Source of the DNA: a virus
Taxonomy: Duplodnaviria > Caudoviricetes
Length of the DNA: 43,426 nt
Virus record (IMG/VR): IMGVR_UViG_3300044957_000820
Span: 1-43,426 of that record
Direction: 5' to 3' (one strand)
A model generated the notes under the pieces. That model was not told the origin of the DNA. It saw only the letters and a program-made list of their open reading frames with translations, and searched no databases. Made by a program: the position numbers and the translations under genes. Positions 26,997 to 36,529 of the stretch are shown piece after piece. Within the stretch, counting starts at the first letter, position 1, and each line of letters starts with the position of its first letter.

Positions 26997-28782
26997 GTTC
27001 GCCCATGTACTGGTAGTCGCTCTGGTCGTTGCCCATCTGGCGGCCGAGCATCAAGAGCGCCGACTTCGGCGGCAGCACGGCCGACGTGATCGCCCCTCTG
27101 GCACGCAGCCGCTCCACGTGGCCGATGAGCCACAGCACGTTCACCGCCTCGCCTGGGCCGCTCCACCCGATTGCGCGCGTGAAGTCCGCGCCCATGTCGA
27201 TCCACCAGCCCGGCCCGCGCAGCGCGGGGTTGTGGGCCTCTGCGTGCATCGGGAAGCGCCCACTGAACATCAGCTCGTATGCCTTTCGCAGATCTCCACA
27301 GATCTGCTCCGAGAGCAACGCGTGCTCATGTCGGTCGAGGTACGTCGATGCCGAGATAGCGCCGTGAAGCGCGATCGGAACCTCGATCGTCTGCGCGGCG
27401 CTGTGCGCATGGTTGATGCCGTGATCGTTCCACGGGACGCCGTTGGCGTAGTACGGGAACGTGCCGCGCATCGCGATGCCGTCTTCGTTGCTGGCTTTCG
27501 CGTACAGATGCGCCATGGCTTCAACGGTGGCGAGCAGCCTGCGCGCGTTGCTCATTGGGTGCGTGCATTGGATCGAGAGCACGTTCGAAAGGAACGTCAG
27601 CACCCACCCGAACTCACGTCCCGCGTCCGTGCCTTTGCCGCTCGTGCACCCATCGATCAGCATCTTGAGCGAGAACGGCTGGTAGCCGTACTCCTTCGGG
27701 CGACCCCTTAGCGTCCACGCGAGCATGACGTGATTCGCAAGTGACTCGAGCCTGCCGCGCGCGACCCAGTCACGCGTGAAGATCCACGCACAGAGATCGT
27801 CGATGTACGCCCGCACGAGGTGCTGGCCGTCGATTGTGCGGTACATGCTGTTGTTCGCGCCAACCCACGGCAGGTCGCTGCCACCGTTCGCCAGCGAGTA
27901 GCCGAATGACTGCACGCCGTTGATCTCGAAGACTCGCGGTTCGACCGGCAGCCCGAATGGGTTGTGCCAGTACACCTGCATGCGCTCCTGGATCAGGTCT
28001 CCGCGCAGCCTGTGCCACAGGAACGTGTCTTCGTTCAGTCCCCAGCCACCCAGCGTGTGCAGCGCGAAGCCCCCAACGTCGCCGGGCTCCATGTCCCAGC
28101 CACCGTTGGCAACCGGGTTCAGCACGCCGCCGTTCTCCGCGCGCATCACGAGATCGTGGTACTTGGGGGATGTCTTGCCCTTCCAGATCGTGGCACGGTG
28201 CGCAAAGACATTGGCGGTATGTGTGGGCTGTGTGACGAGCCCCTCCTTGAAAGTCGGGCGAGTCTGTGTGCGCGTGAGTCCAAACCGCCGCGTGAAGCCA
28301 GCGCGCGGCTCAAGCATCACGTCGCCCCCGATCCTGAGCACGTTGGCGTGGACGGACTCGTACGTGCGGAACAGTGGCATGCTGATCTGCCACGCGAGGT
28401 CGTTCACCACCACGCGCGCTTCACCGAAGAACTGCGCCACCAGCGTCGATCCGCTCATGACATATCGGCTGTTGGTGATCTGCAACGCGCACACGACGTG
28501 GCTCGTGTACCGCTCGACGTACAGGTGCGCGCAGATCGTTGTGCCTGGATGCGAGAAGAAGTAGCGATCGACGATTCGCCACGGTCCACGCTCGAGGCGC
28601 ACGATAGGGCCGCGGCTCATCTCGGCGCCGTTGATGATCAGCGCGAGATCGGGCAACTCCTCCTTCTGGGGGCCATCCGCTACATCGCTGGAGTCGTACC
28701 AGAGCAGCGGGCCAGTGGCGGTGCGTGTGTGGGGTGTCAGGTTGCTGGGGTCGAGACCGTGGCCTGAGATCAGCTGGGGCAT
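26959..28782 (-). CDS. 607-aa hypothetical protein, possible (alpha/alpha)-barrel carbohydrate-active enzyme
   Basis: ATG at 28782 with AGGAGG RBS; W/H/Y-rich; beta N-terminus then helical C-terminus with IDGQHLVR and GREFGWVL motifs. Confidence 0.6.
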   Translation of the reverse strand: MPQLISGHGLDPSNLTPHTRTATGPLLWYDSSDVADGPQKEELPDLALIINGAEMSRGPIVRLERGPWRIVDRYFFSHPGTTICAHLYVERYTSHVVCALQITNSRYVMSGSTLVAQFFGEARVVVNDLAWQISMPLFRTYESVHANVLRIGGDVMLEPRAGFTRRFGLTRTQTRPTFKEGLVTQPTHTANVFAHRATIWKGKTSPKYHDLVMRAENGGVLNPVANGGWDMEPGDVGGFALHTLGGWGLNEDTFLWHRLRGDLIQERMQVYWHNPFGLPVEPRVFEINGVQSFGYSLANGGSDLPWVGANNSMYRTIDGQHLVRAYIDDLCAWIFTRDWVARGRLESLANHVMLAWTLRGRPKEYGYQPFSLKMLIDGCTSGKGTDAGREFGWVLTFLSNVLSIQCTHPMSNARRLLATVEAMAHLYAKASNEDGIAMRGTFPYYANGVPWNDHGINHAHSAAQTIEVPIALHGAISASTYLDRHEHALLSEQICGDLRKAYELMFSGRFPMHAEAHNPALRGPGWWIDMGADFTRAIGWSGPGEAVNVLWLIGHVERLRARGAITSAVLPPKSALLMLGRQMGNDQSDYQYMGELRSALLDSPTTA

Positions 28783-28806
28783 GTGGAGTCCTCCTGTGCT
28801 GGAAGC

Positions 28807-28812
28807 TAGCAT
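28807..28812 (+). promoter_or_regulatory. putative -10 element for a leaderless transcript
   Basis: TAGCAT separated by 6 nt from the HTH ATG at 28819; no SD sequence. Confidence 0.45.
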
Positions 28813-28818
28813 CGCGCC

Positions 28819-29037
28819 ATGCAGCCCTCGAAGCTCCGAATCCAGCGCCTACGGCGCGGTTGGCCCGCCGCGTACGTCGCTTTCCAGCTCGGCGTGACGG
28901 ACCAGTGCATCTACGACTGGGAGACCGGCCGGCGCGGGATCCCGGACAAGCGCCTAGCCGCTTTGCAAGATCTGTTCGGGCAACGGGTTACGAGGCCAGC
29001 GCGCAAGCGCGCTGGAAAACCCAGCTCGCGCCAGTAG
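28819..29037 (+). CDS. XRE/Cro-like helix-turn-helix regulator
   Basis: LRIQRLRRGW..AYVAFQLGVTDQCIYDWETGRRGIP. Confidence 0.88.
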   Translation: MQPSKLRIQRLRRGWPAAYVAFQLGVTDQCIYDWETGRRGIPDKRLAALQDLFGQRVTRPARKRAGKPSSRQ

Positions 29038-29049
29038 GGTCCGCTCCTC

Positions 29050-29997
29050 ATGGAGCTACTCACCCACTCGCGGCTCTCCTGCGCCCGCTCGTGCCTGCGC
29101 AGGCACCTCCTGAGGTACGAGCTAGGACTGCGCCCGGAGGAGGACGCCGAGCCCCTGCAGCTCGGCACGCTCTATCACCGGATGCACGAGCTGAACTCGG
29201 CCGACGCCTGCGCCGCGCTCGCGACGCAGTGCCCCGATCCGTTCCGCGGAATGCTGGCCCACGCGCTGTGGGCGCACCATCCGCTCTGCACGCACAAGCC
29301 TCAGTTCGAAGTGCTCGCGCACGAGGTGCAGTTCGAGTTCCCCCTGCGCAACCCGGACACCGCCGGCACCTCGCGAACGTTCATGGTCGCGGGCAAGATC
29401 GACAAGATCATCCGCCTGTCCGACGGCCGCATCGCGGTGCTGGAGCACAAGACGACGGCTTCAGACATCGGGCCGGGCAGCGACTACTGGCTGCGCGTGC
29501 GGATGGACCAGCAGGTCACGCTGTATCTGCACGGCGCACGCGCTGCCGGGTTCGATGCGACGACGATCGTGTACGACGTTGCGAAGAAGCCGAGCCAGCG
29601 CCCCTACAAGGCGACGCCGCACGAGAGCCGCAAGTACACGAAGGACGGAAGGCTGTACGCGAACCAGCGGGAGTTCGATGAACAGCCGGCCGAGTACTAC
29701 GACCGCATCGCAGCGGAGCTGGCCGATCACCAGAGCGAGTACTACGCAGCGCACGAGATCGCGCGCATGCAGACCGACCTCGATCTCTGCGACCGCGAGA
29801 TCTGGCAGCAGGCGCAGACGATCATGTCCGCGCGGGCCAAGAGCGCGTGGTATCGCAACCCCGATGCGTGCACGGGTCGTGCGCGCTGCGAGTACCTGGA
29901 CGTGTGCTCGCTTGACCTCGAACACGGTGTCGTTCCCAGCGGGTTCCGCAAGGTCGACAACGTGCACCCTGAACTTCACTTCGCCAGCGAGGGGTAA
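29050..29997 (+). CDS. PD-(D/E)XK exonuclease (RecB/Cas4-like)
   Basis: LTHSRL..ARSC, GTLYH, GKIDKI, LEHKT, QVTLY and a C-terminal Cys cluster. Confidence 0.88.
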   Translation: MELLTHSRLSCARSCLRRHLLRYELGLRPEEDAEPLQLGTLYHRMHELNSADACAALATQCPDPFRGMLAHALWAHHPLCTHKPQFEVLAHEVQFEFPLRNPDTAGTSRTFMVAGKIDKIIRLSDGRIAVLEHKTTASDIGPGSDYWLRVRMDQQVTLYLHGARAAGFDATTIVYDVAKKPSQRPYKATPHESRKYTKDGRLYANQREFDEQPAEYYDRIAAELADHQSEYYAAHEIARMQTDLDLCDREIWQQAQTIMSARAKSAWYRNPDACTGRARCEYLDVCSLDLEHGVVPSGFRKVDNVHPELHFASEG

Positions 29998-30012
29998 GCC
30001 TCGCACCTTCTC

Positions 30013-30834
30013 ATGACATCGAAACCCCCCGCCCCGCGCGCCCCGGCGCCGAGGGCAACGGCATCGCCGTCGACACCGACGACGCCGCCGGCAGATCTCA
30101 CCATCTCCAAGGGCATCGAGCAGGCCGCACACCGCGTGGTGGTCTACGGCCCAGGCGGCATCGGCAAAACGACGCTCGTCGCGAGCAAGCCGGGCCGCAC
30201 GCTCTTCGTCGACCTGGAGGGCGGCTCGCGAAACATGGACGTGGAGCGCATCCACGTGCAGGACTTCGCTTCCGTCCGCCGCATCCTGACGGATGCTGCG
30301 ATCACGCAACCCTACGACACGGTCGTCGTCGACACGGTCACGGCGCTCGAGGAGGTTGCGAAGGCCCACATGCTTCGCACCGTTCCGCACGAGAAGGGCC
30401 ACATGGTCAACTCGATCGAGGGCTACGGGTTCGGCAAGGGCTACCAGCATCTGTTCGATCTCGTGATGCTCGTCGTCGCCGACCTGGACCGCCTCTGCCG
30501 CTCCGGCAAGGACGTTGTGCTGATCGCTCACGACTGCGTCGACAACGTCCCCAACCCCAGCGGCGAAGACTTCATTCGGTACGAGCCGCACATCTACACG
30601 TCCAAGTCGGGCAAGGCATCGATCCGCAACCGGATCGTGCAGTGGGCCGATCACGTGCTGTACCTGGGCTACGACGTGAACTCGAAGAACGGCAAGGCGG
30701 TTGGCGGCGGGACGCGCACCATCTGGGCGCACGAACGCCCCGATCACCTCGCGAAGACCCGCACCATCACCGAACCGAACATTCCCTGGAACGACCCGAC
30801 CGACACGACCATCTGGAGCCTGATCGCACAATGA
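30013..30834 (+). CDS. Sak4-like AAA_24 ATPase (single-strand annealing)
   Basis: VYGPGGIGKTT, DLEGGS, VVDTVT, GYGFGKGY, LIAH. Confidence 0.88.
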   Translation: MTSKPPAPRAPAPRATASPSTPTTPPADLTISKGIEQAAHRVVVYGPGGIGKTTLVASKPGRTLFVDLEGGSRNMDVERIHVQDFASVRRILTDAAITQPYDTVVVDTVTALEEVAKAHMLRTVPHEKGHMVNSIEGYGFGKGYQHLFDLVMLVVADLDRLCRSGKDVVLIAHDCVDNVPNPSGEDFIRYEPHIYTSKSGKASIRNRIVQWADHVLYLGYDVNSKNGKAVGGGTRTIWAHERPDHLAKTRTITEPNIPWNDPTDTTIWSLIAQ

Positions 30835-31448
30835 GCACACCCTTCGATCCCACCGTCTACACCGCCATGGACCGCCCCGGCATCTTCAAGGCGAAGGTGC
30901 TGGAGGCCTTCATCCAAGACTCGGCGGACAAGTCCGAGCCGAGCAAGAGCGTCGCGGTCGTCTTCAAGTTCGAGATCCTCGCTGCGCTCGAAGCCAACGA
31001 GTGGAAGGACTGGAGCGGCTTCGGCCCGTACGCCGTCACGGGGTACTACTACGTGCTCGGCAAGGACGGCAAGCCCAACCAGAAGACGATCGAGCAGCTC
31101 GTGAAGAGCCTCGGCTGGGACGGCAACCTGCAGTCGTTCGTCGAGGAGAACTCGAAGGCGATCGGCCGCACCGTGCAGATCACCGTCGAGGAGAACAACT
31201 ACAACGGCAAGACGACTTACCGCGCTGGCTGGATGAACCACGAAGACTTCGCGCCCGGCCCGAAGGGCGTCGACGCCGATCGTCTGAAGTCCATCCAGTC
31301 GGAGTCCGGGTCGCTGCTGCGCGCGGCTGCCGCCGCGGCCGCGAAGCCGGCAAACGCGCCGGCGCCGCCGAAGCCGAAGGAGGCCCCGAAGCCCGCGGCC
31401 ACGAAGAGCAAGGGAAAGGCGGCCAAGGGTGATGACACTCCCTTCTGA
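30831..31448 (+). CDS. single-stranded DNA-binding protein (DUF669-like)
   Basis: ATGA overlap; OB-like strands, A/P/K linker and acidic DDTPF tip; follows Sak4. Confidence 0.75.
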   Translation: MSTPFDPTVYTAMDRPGIFKAKVLEAFIQDSADKSEPSKSVAVVFKFEILAALEANEWKDWSGFGPYAVTGYYYVLGKDGKPNQKTIEQLVKSLGWDGNLQSFVEENSKAIGRTVQITVEENNYNGKTTYRAGWMNHEDFAPGPKGVDADRLKSIQSESGSLLRAAAAAAAKPANAPAPPKPKEAPKPAATKSKGKAAKGDDTPF

Positions 31449-32532
31449 TCTCGCGCTCACCGCGGACCAGCAGCTCGCCATCGATGCGATCGAGGCGAGC
31501 GACGCGAACGAGTTCGCCCTGGGCGGCCTTGCCGGGACCGGCAAGACCACGCTGGTGGGCGTGCTGCGCGATCGCGGCCTGATCGGCACAACGCTCGCGC
31601 CGACCGGCAAGGCGGCGCATGTGTTGCGGACCAAGGGCGCGAACGCCGGCACGATCCACAGCGCGATCTACAACCTCGTCGAGACACGCATCAACGAGCG
31701 CACCGGGCTCTCTGAGCCGGTGTTCGAGTTCGACACCGAAGCGTTCCTCGGCAGGAACGTGTGGACCGTTGTCGATGAGGCATCGATGGTCAACGAGGAG
31801 ATGGCGACGGACCTGCGTGCCACGGGGGCTCGTCTCCTGTGGGTCGGGGACCACGGCCAGCTCCCGCCCATCGGTGTGGATCCGGGCATCATGCGCAACC
31901 CAGACGCGAAGCTGGAGACCGTGTGTCGGCAGGCTGAGTCCTCGCCGATCATCCGGCTCGCGCACTGGGTGCGCACGGGGCACCCCTTCCGTGACTGGAA
32001 GAGCGCACCCGAGGCCGAGGTTGTGCGCAGCATGACGGTTCGCAACGTGGCCTCGACGGCGCTGCGGGCCAAGGCGCAGATTCTCGTGGGCTTCAACAAC
32101 TCGCGGATCCTGCTGAACCGTGAGTGTCGCAAGCAGATGGGGTTCACCGGCGACATCGTCGTTGGCGAGCGCCTGATCTGCCTGCGGAACGACTACCGCA
32201 GGCGGATGTTCAACGGCCAGCAGTTCGAGGTTGTTGAGCTTGACGAGTCGGCGCTTCCGGGTTGCCGGTACGCGCGCCTGCGCTCGGTTGATGATGGCAG
32301 CGAACGCGACGCGGACGTGTTCGTTCCCTGCCTGGGGCGTGGCCCGAAGGACGACGAGCCCGAGGGCGCGTCGCTGATGGACTACGCGTACGCGATCACC
32401 GTCCACAAGAGCCAGGGCTCGGAGTGGCCGACGGTCGTTCTCGTTGACGCGACCTGCAAGCACTGGGACGATTCCCGGTGGAGGTACACGGCGATCACGC
32501 GCGCGAAGAACCGTGTGATCGTGTTCCTCTGA
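31429..32532 (+). CDS. SF1B RecD/Dda-like helicase
   Basis: GLAGTGKTT, APTGKAA, TIHS, VDEASMV, GDHGQLPP, YAITVHKSQGSEW, YTAITRA. Confidence 0.92.
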   Translation: MMTLPSDLALTADQQLAIDAIEASDANEFALGGLAGTGKTTLVGVLRDRGLIGTTLAPTGKAAHVLRTKGANAGTIHSAIYNLVETRINERTGLSEPVFEFDTEAFLGRNVWTVVDEASMVNEEMATDLRATGARLLWVGDHGQLPPIGVDPGIMRNPDAKLETVCRQAESSPIIRLAHWVRTGHPFRDWKSAPEAEVVRSMTVRNVASTALRAKAQILVGFNNSRILLNRECRKQMGFTGDIVVGERLICLRNDYRRRMFNGQQFEVVELDESALPGCRYARLRSVDDGSERDADVFVPCLGRGPKDDEPEGASLMDYAYAITVHKSQGSEWPTVVLVDATCKHWDDSRWRYTAITRAKNRVIVFL

Positions 32533-32539
32533 CTCCTGA

Positions 32540-32577
32540 AGGGCCCCTCGCGTGTTGTGTGTGCGCGCGGGGGGCCC
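32540..32577 (+). other. intergenic GC-rich hairpin between the two helicase genes
   Basis: GGGCCCC...GGGGCCC stem ending about 9 nt before the ATG at 32587. Confidence 0.45.
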
Positions 32578-32586
32578 GCTTCCCAC

Positions 32587-34113
32587 ATGAACCTTCGCGA
32601 CTATCAGGTCCAGGCCATCGCCGACGTGCGTGCGCAGTGGCGCAACCGTCCGATCCTCGTGCTGCCGACCGGCGCAGGGAAGACCGTCGTGGCCTGCGAG
32701 ATCATCCGCCTTGGGCTCGAGCGCGGGAACCGCACGCTCTTCGTCGTGCATCGCCGCGAACTCGTGCAGCAGGCGGTGGCCCGCCTCGCAGCGCACGGCA
32801 TCGAGGCCGGCATCGTCATGGCGGGCCACGAGAGCGACCTCTCCCTGCCGACTCAGGTGGCCTCGATCCAGACCCTTGCGCGACGCGGCGTGCCCGAGGC
32901 GAACATCCTGTTCGTCGACGAGTGCCACCACGCGAGCGCGGACACCTGGAAGTCTGCGATCGAGCAGCACAAGGGCGCCGTGATCGGCCTGACGGCGACT
33001 CCGTTCCGCCTCGACAAGCGCCCGCTGGGCCCGATCTTCGGTGCGATCGTGCGCGGCCCGAGCACCCAGGAGCTGGTCGAGCGCGGCGTGCTCATCGAGC
33101 CGACGGTGTTCGCGCCGCCGGCACCCGACCTGACGGGCGTGCACACGGTTGCTGGCGAGTTCCACCGCGGCGAGCTTCAGGCGCGCATGACGAGTTCCAA
33201 GCTCTTCGGCGACATCGTCGAGCACTGGCACCGGCACGCCGCCGGCCGGCGTACGGTCGCGTTCGCCGTCGGCGTTGAGCACTCGCGCGGGATCGTGGAG
33301 GCGTTCTGCGCGAGCGGCGTGAACGCAGAGCACCTGGACGGATCGAGCCCGCCGGAGATCCGCGCAGGCGTCCTGGCTCGCCTCGCGAGCGGCGAGACGC
33401 AGGTGGTCTCGAACTGCGACCTGTTCGGCGAGGGCTTCGACCTGCCCGCGCTGGAGTGCGCCATCCTGGCCCGCCCAACGGCGTCGCTCGCACTGCACCT
33501 CCAGCAGATCGGGCGCGTGATGCGCAGCTCCGACGGCAAGGACGACGCCGTTGTGCTCGACCACGCCGGGAACACGCACCGGCACGGTCTCGTCACGGAC
33601 GAGTTCGAGTACAGCCTGGACCAGAACGTCCGCAAGTCGATCGCGACGAACCCGCGCATCTGCAAGCAGTGCTACGCGATCATGCTCACCGCGGTGTGCT
33701 CCGAGTGCGGATCCAGCGGCCAGCCGCTGCGCGAGGGCCAGCCGATCGGCCGCGGCGAGGTTGCGGTCGAACAAGGCGAGCTAAAGGAGTTCAAGCGCGC
33801 GCCGTTCCCCGACAAGCGCAGGGAGTACGAGCGCCTTGTGCGCCTCGCCAGCGACAAGGGCTGGCGCCTTGGTTGGGCGCGCGCTAAGTACAAGCAGACC
33901 TTCGGCGTGTGGCCGAGGCTGATGAAGGATGTGGAGGCGCTGTTCGTGTGCGAGCGGCACGAGTGGCAGATCACCAACTGGGGCACGCGTTGCGCCCGAT
34001 GCTTCAGGGGGGCCGTTGTGAAAACCTTCGGGAGATACGAGCCGCCCGAAGGTCGGGAAGCACGGCGGCCCCCTCTTTCCTTGCGCGACCGGAACGAGGA
34101 GGCAGGTCCATGA
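32587..34113 (+). CDS. SF2 DEAD/DEAH-box helicase with C-terminal zinc finger
   Basis: LRDYQ, PTGAGKT, DECHH, TATP, EGFDLP, QQIGRVMR, DHAGN, CKQC/CSEC. Confidence 0.92.
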   Translation: MNLRDYQVQAIADVRAQWRNRPILVLPTGAGKTVVACEIIRLGLERGNRTLFVVHRRELVQQAVARLAAHGIEAGIVMAGHESDLSLPTQVASIQTLARRGVPEANILFVDECHHASADTWKSAIEQHKGAVIGLTATPFRLDKRPLGPIFGAIVRGPSTQELVERGVLIEPTVFAPPAPDLTGVHTVAGEFHRGELQARMTSSKLFGDIVEHWHRHAAGRRTVAFAVGVEHSRGIVEAFCASGVNAEHLDGSSPPEIRAGVLARLASGETQVVSNCDLFGEGFDLPALECAILARPTASLALHLQQIGRVMRSSDGKDDAVVLDHAGNTHRHGLVTDEFEYSLDQNVRKSIATNPRICKQCYAIMLTAVCSECGSSGQPLREGQPIGRGEVAVEQGELKEFKRAPFPDKRREYERLVRLASDKGWRLGWARAKYKQTFGVWPRLMKDVEALFVCERHEWQITNWGTRCARCFRGAVVKTFGRYEPPEGREARRPPLSLRDRNEEAGP

Positions 34114-34355
34114 ACGAGAGCGCGCTAGACGATCTGCTGGATTCGTGCGAGGCCGACGCGCGGCGACGAGTCCCATATGGGCCGGACGCCACGGAGATCG
34201 CTGACGCCCGCGCTGAACTCGCGTCTATCCGCAGGCGCGTGGCCGACCTGGAGCGCATCGCGGTCGCCGCTGCTCGTGTGGCCCTGGCGCAGCCGAGAAG
34301 CGCAGGGGCGCTGATCGCGATCGATGAGCTTCGCAAGGTGTTGAGGACGCCATGA
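34110..34355 (+). CDS. hypothetical protein
   Basis: ATGA overlap, GAGGAGG RBS. Confidence 0.6.
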   Translation: MNESALDDLLDSCEADARRRVPYGPDATEIADARAELASIRRRVADLERIAVAAARVALAQPRSAGALIAIDELRKVLRTP

Positions 34356-34588
34356 GCGACGAGGTCGATCGATGGCTTCTGACGTTCCGCACGGCGGACG
34401 GCTGCACACGCAGCGAGTTCCGCGCTGGGCCACTGACGACAGAGATCGTTGTCCCGCTCCGACGCTGCATTCCGCTGACGATGCCGACGCTTGAATCGAT
34501 GCTTTCGCCGGTCAAGCTGCGCAAGTATCAGCTTCGGAGCGTCGACTGGGACGTGATGACGGCGACCTACGAGGAGGTGCCCTCGTGA
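34352..34588 (+). CDS. hypothetical protein
   Basis: Coupled ORF with GAGG RBS. Confidence 0.55.
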   Translation: MSDEVDRWLLTFRTADGCTRSEFRAGPLTTEIVVPLRRCIPLTMPTLESMLSPVKLRKYQLRSVDWDVMTATYEEVPS

Positions 34589-34908
34589 GCGAGAAGGACA
34601 TCCAGGTCGAGATCCTGCGCGCGCTCGCAGGCGACCGCAGGCTGCGCCTCTGGCGCGCGAACAGCGGCAAGGCCGTGAGCTTTGACGGCAAGCGCGTCGT
34701 GAGCTTCGGCGTGCCAGGGCAGGCGGATCTCACCGGCGTGCTCCAGGACGGCCGCCGCTTGGAGGTCGAGGTGAAGGACGAGCACGGCAGGCAGTCTCAA
34801 CAGCAACTCGCCTACATGCGGATGATCCGCGAGTACAAGGGCGTGTACATCCTCGCCCGCAGTCCACAGGAGGTCCTCGATGAACTCAATCGGCTCACTG
34901 GCAACTGA
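34585..34908 (+). CDS. VRR-NUC domain nuclease
   Basis: SEKDIQ..., GVPGQADL, EVEVK...GRQSQQQ. Confidence 0.88.
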   Translation: MSEKDIQVEILRALAGDRRLRLWRANSGKAVSFDGKRVVSFGVPGQADLTGVLQDGRRLEVEVKDEHGRQSQQQLAYMRMIREYKGVYILARSPQEVLDELNRLTGN

Positions 34909-35215
34909 CGCGGTCGTCGGCGCTCTCGAGATGCGCGGCATCGCACTGAACAAGGAGATCCAGGACAGGATCGCGGCGGCCATCGACGCGAACGTGCGGT
35001 CGTCCGGTCTGGAGCTTCTGTCATTCGTCATGGACAGCGCGAACGTCACGCTGTATGGGCGCCCGCTCTCCGAGTGGAAGAAGATCAACGAGCAGTTGAC
35101 CTCCTACTTCGGCGACTTCGACAGCAACCGGGTCTTCGCCGCCCTGGAGATGCGTAACGCGGAGATACGGCGACTGAAGGACAGGCTCCGCAAGATCGAG
35201 GAGGCACTGAAGTGA
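34880..35215 (+). CDS. hypothetical protein with C-terminal coiled coil
   Basis: AGGAGG RBS, 111 aa. Confidence 0.6.
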   Translation: MNSIGSLATDAVVGALEMRGIALNKEIQDRIAAAIDANVRSSGLELLSFVMDSANVTLYGRPLSEWKKINEQLTSYFGDFDSNRVFAALEMRNAEIRRLKDRLRKIEEALK

Positions 35216-35493
35216 AGGAAGACAACTGGGTGCACCGCAGCGAAGGCATGCGCTGCCGCACGTGCATGTACTACGTCACGAAAGGCGGCGACCTCGGGCG
35301 CTGTCGCAGGCACGCGCCGGCGGTCTCGCAGGGCTGGCCCGCCGTGTTCGTCTCGGACTGGTGCGGCGATCACAAGCTCGACGCGCAGCGCCTTGCGCCG
35401 AAGCAGGAGATCGTCGAGATGAGGTGCACCTGCATCAGTGCAGAGACACGCAGCCTGACGTGCGGGGTCCACGGCATACCGGGGATGCCGTGA
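35212..35493 (+). CDS. Cys-rich small protein (probable metal binding)
   Basis: CRTCMYY...GRCRRHAP...WP.V...DWCGDH. Confidence 0.7.
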   Translation: MKEDNWVHRSEGMRCRTCMYYVTKGGDLGRCRRHAPAVSQGWPAVFVSDWCGDHKLDAQRLAPKQEIVEMRCTCISAETRSLTCGVHGIPGMP

Positions 35494-35494
35494 G

Positions 35495-35914
35495 ATGCCG
35501 ACGTACGATCACGACGCGCCGCGAGAAGCGCGCAGCGAAGCGCGCGTTCAGCATTCCCGCGTACATCGACCGCCAGCGGCACGAAGAGTACGTCCGCCTC
35601 CCAAGGCACGTGAAGTGGAAGCGCGGCCTGCTGCCGAAGAGGCGGTGGTTGCTCAACCCGCAGAGCACCCCATCCTGGAGCGTCGTGACATTCGCGTACT
35701 CCTCGAGGACGAGCACCACGCCGACGGCCGGCTGACCTACCACTGGGTCGATGTCATGCCGCTGGTCTGCTGGCCCTGCGTCGGCTGCAAGGTGCAGGTC
35801 GTTCGCCGCGGGGGCCGTTTCTGGGACAGCCGTACCGCGGTGCGCGAGGGCAACCTTGTGACCATCGCCGAGCACCGCTGTCCTGCCCTGGACCGCAAGA
35901 CCAAGCGGCGCTAG
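35495..35914 (+). CDS. hypothetical protein, possible zinc ribbon
   Basis: CVGC...EHRCP; exact start uncertain. Confidence 0.5.
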   Translation: MPTYDHDAPREARSEARVQHSRVHRPPAARRVRPPPKAREVEARPAAEEAVVAQPAEHPILERRDIRVLLEDEHHADGRLTYHWVDVMPLVCWPCVGCKVQVVRRGGRFWDSRTAVREGNLVTIAEHRCPALDRKTKRR

Positions 35915-35926
35915 AACCGACTCGCC

Positions 35927-36520
35927 ATGATCGACTGGATCCGACGGCTGCTGAACGGCGACTGGTCGCGGTTCAACCATGCGCACACGAGCGTGGCGAC
36001 CGGCGGCCCGCTCGACGCTGCAGCGATCGGCTCGGGACTTATCGCGCCCGCGCGCCTCGGAAGTGGAACAGCCGACGCCACGACGTTCCTGCGGGGCGAC
36101 CAAACCTACGCTGTGCCTCCGGGCGGTGGCTCGCTGAGTGCCACGACCGTCGAGGTCAACCTCGGCGCGACGGCAACGTGGCGCGGGCGCTTCACGATCA
36201 CGGACGCGGCGATCGGCGCAACGTCGAAGGTCATGGTCTGGCAGGCGTGCGGCCCCTACACGGGGAAGGGCACGCGCGCGGACGAGGCCGAGCTGTCACG
36301 CGTCCAGGTCGTCTGCGTGGAGCCGGCGGCTGGCTCGTGCGTCGTGACCTGGGAGACGCCGCCCATCGTCGTCATGCGGCCCCAGATCCCCAACGGTCGG
36401 CGAGATGCGCCGTCCACAGCGGCGGGCTTCGATCCCCGCTATCCGTTCGTCGAGATCACCCCGACCCGTCTGGGCAAGGTCCGGGGCAACCACAAGTTCA
36501 GCTACGTCATCGCAGCGTAG
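35927..36520 (+). CDS. tail-fibre-like / virion accessory protein
   Basis: ARLGSGTADATTFLRGDQTYA motif common in phage fibre proteins. Confidence 0.65.
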   Translation: MIDWIRRLLNGDWSRFNHAHTSVATGGPLDAAAIGSGLIAPARLGSGTADATTFLRGDQTYAVPPGGGSLSATTVEVNLGATATWRGRFTITDAAIGATSKVMVWQACGPYTGKGTRADEAELSRVQVVCVEPAAGSCVVTWETPPIVVMRPQIPNGRRDAPSTAAGFDPRYPFVEITPTRLGKVRGNHKFSYVIAA

Positions 36521-36529
36521 GAGGATCAC

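Noticed and set aside
29050-29997. Cas4 of a CRISPR system
   Set aside because: No array or other cas genes; the context (Sak4, SSB) is a phage recombination module
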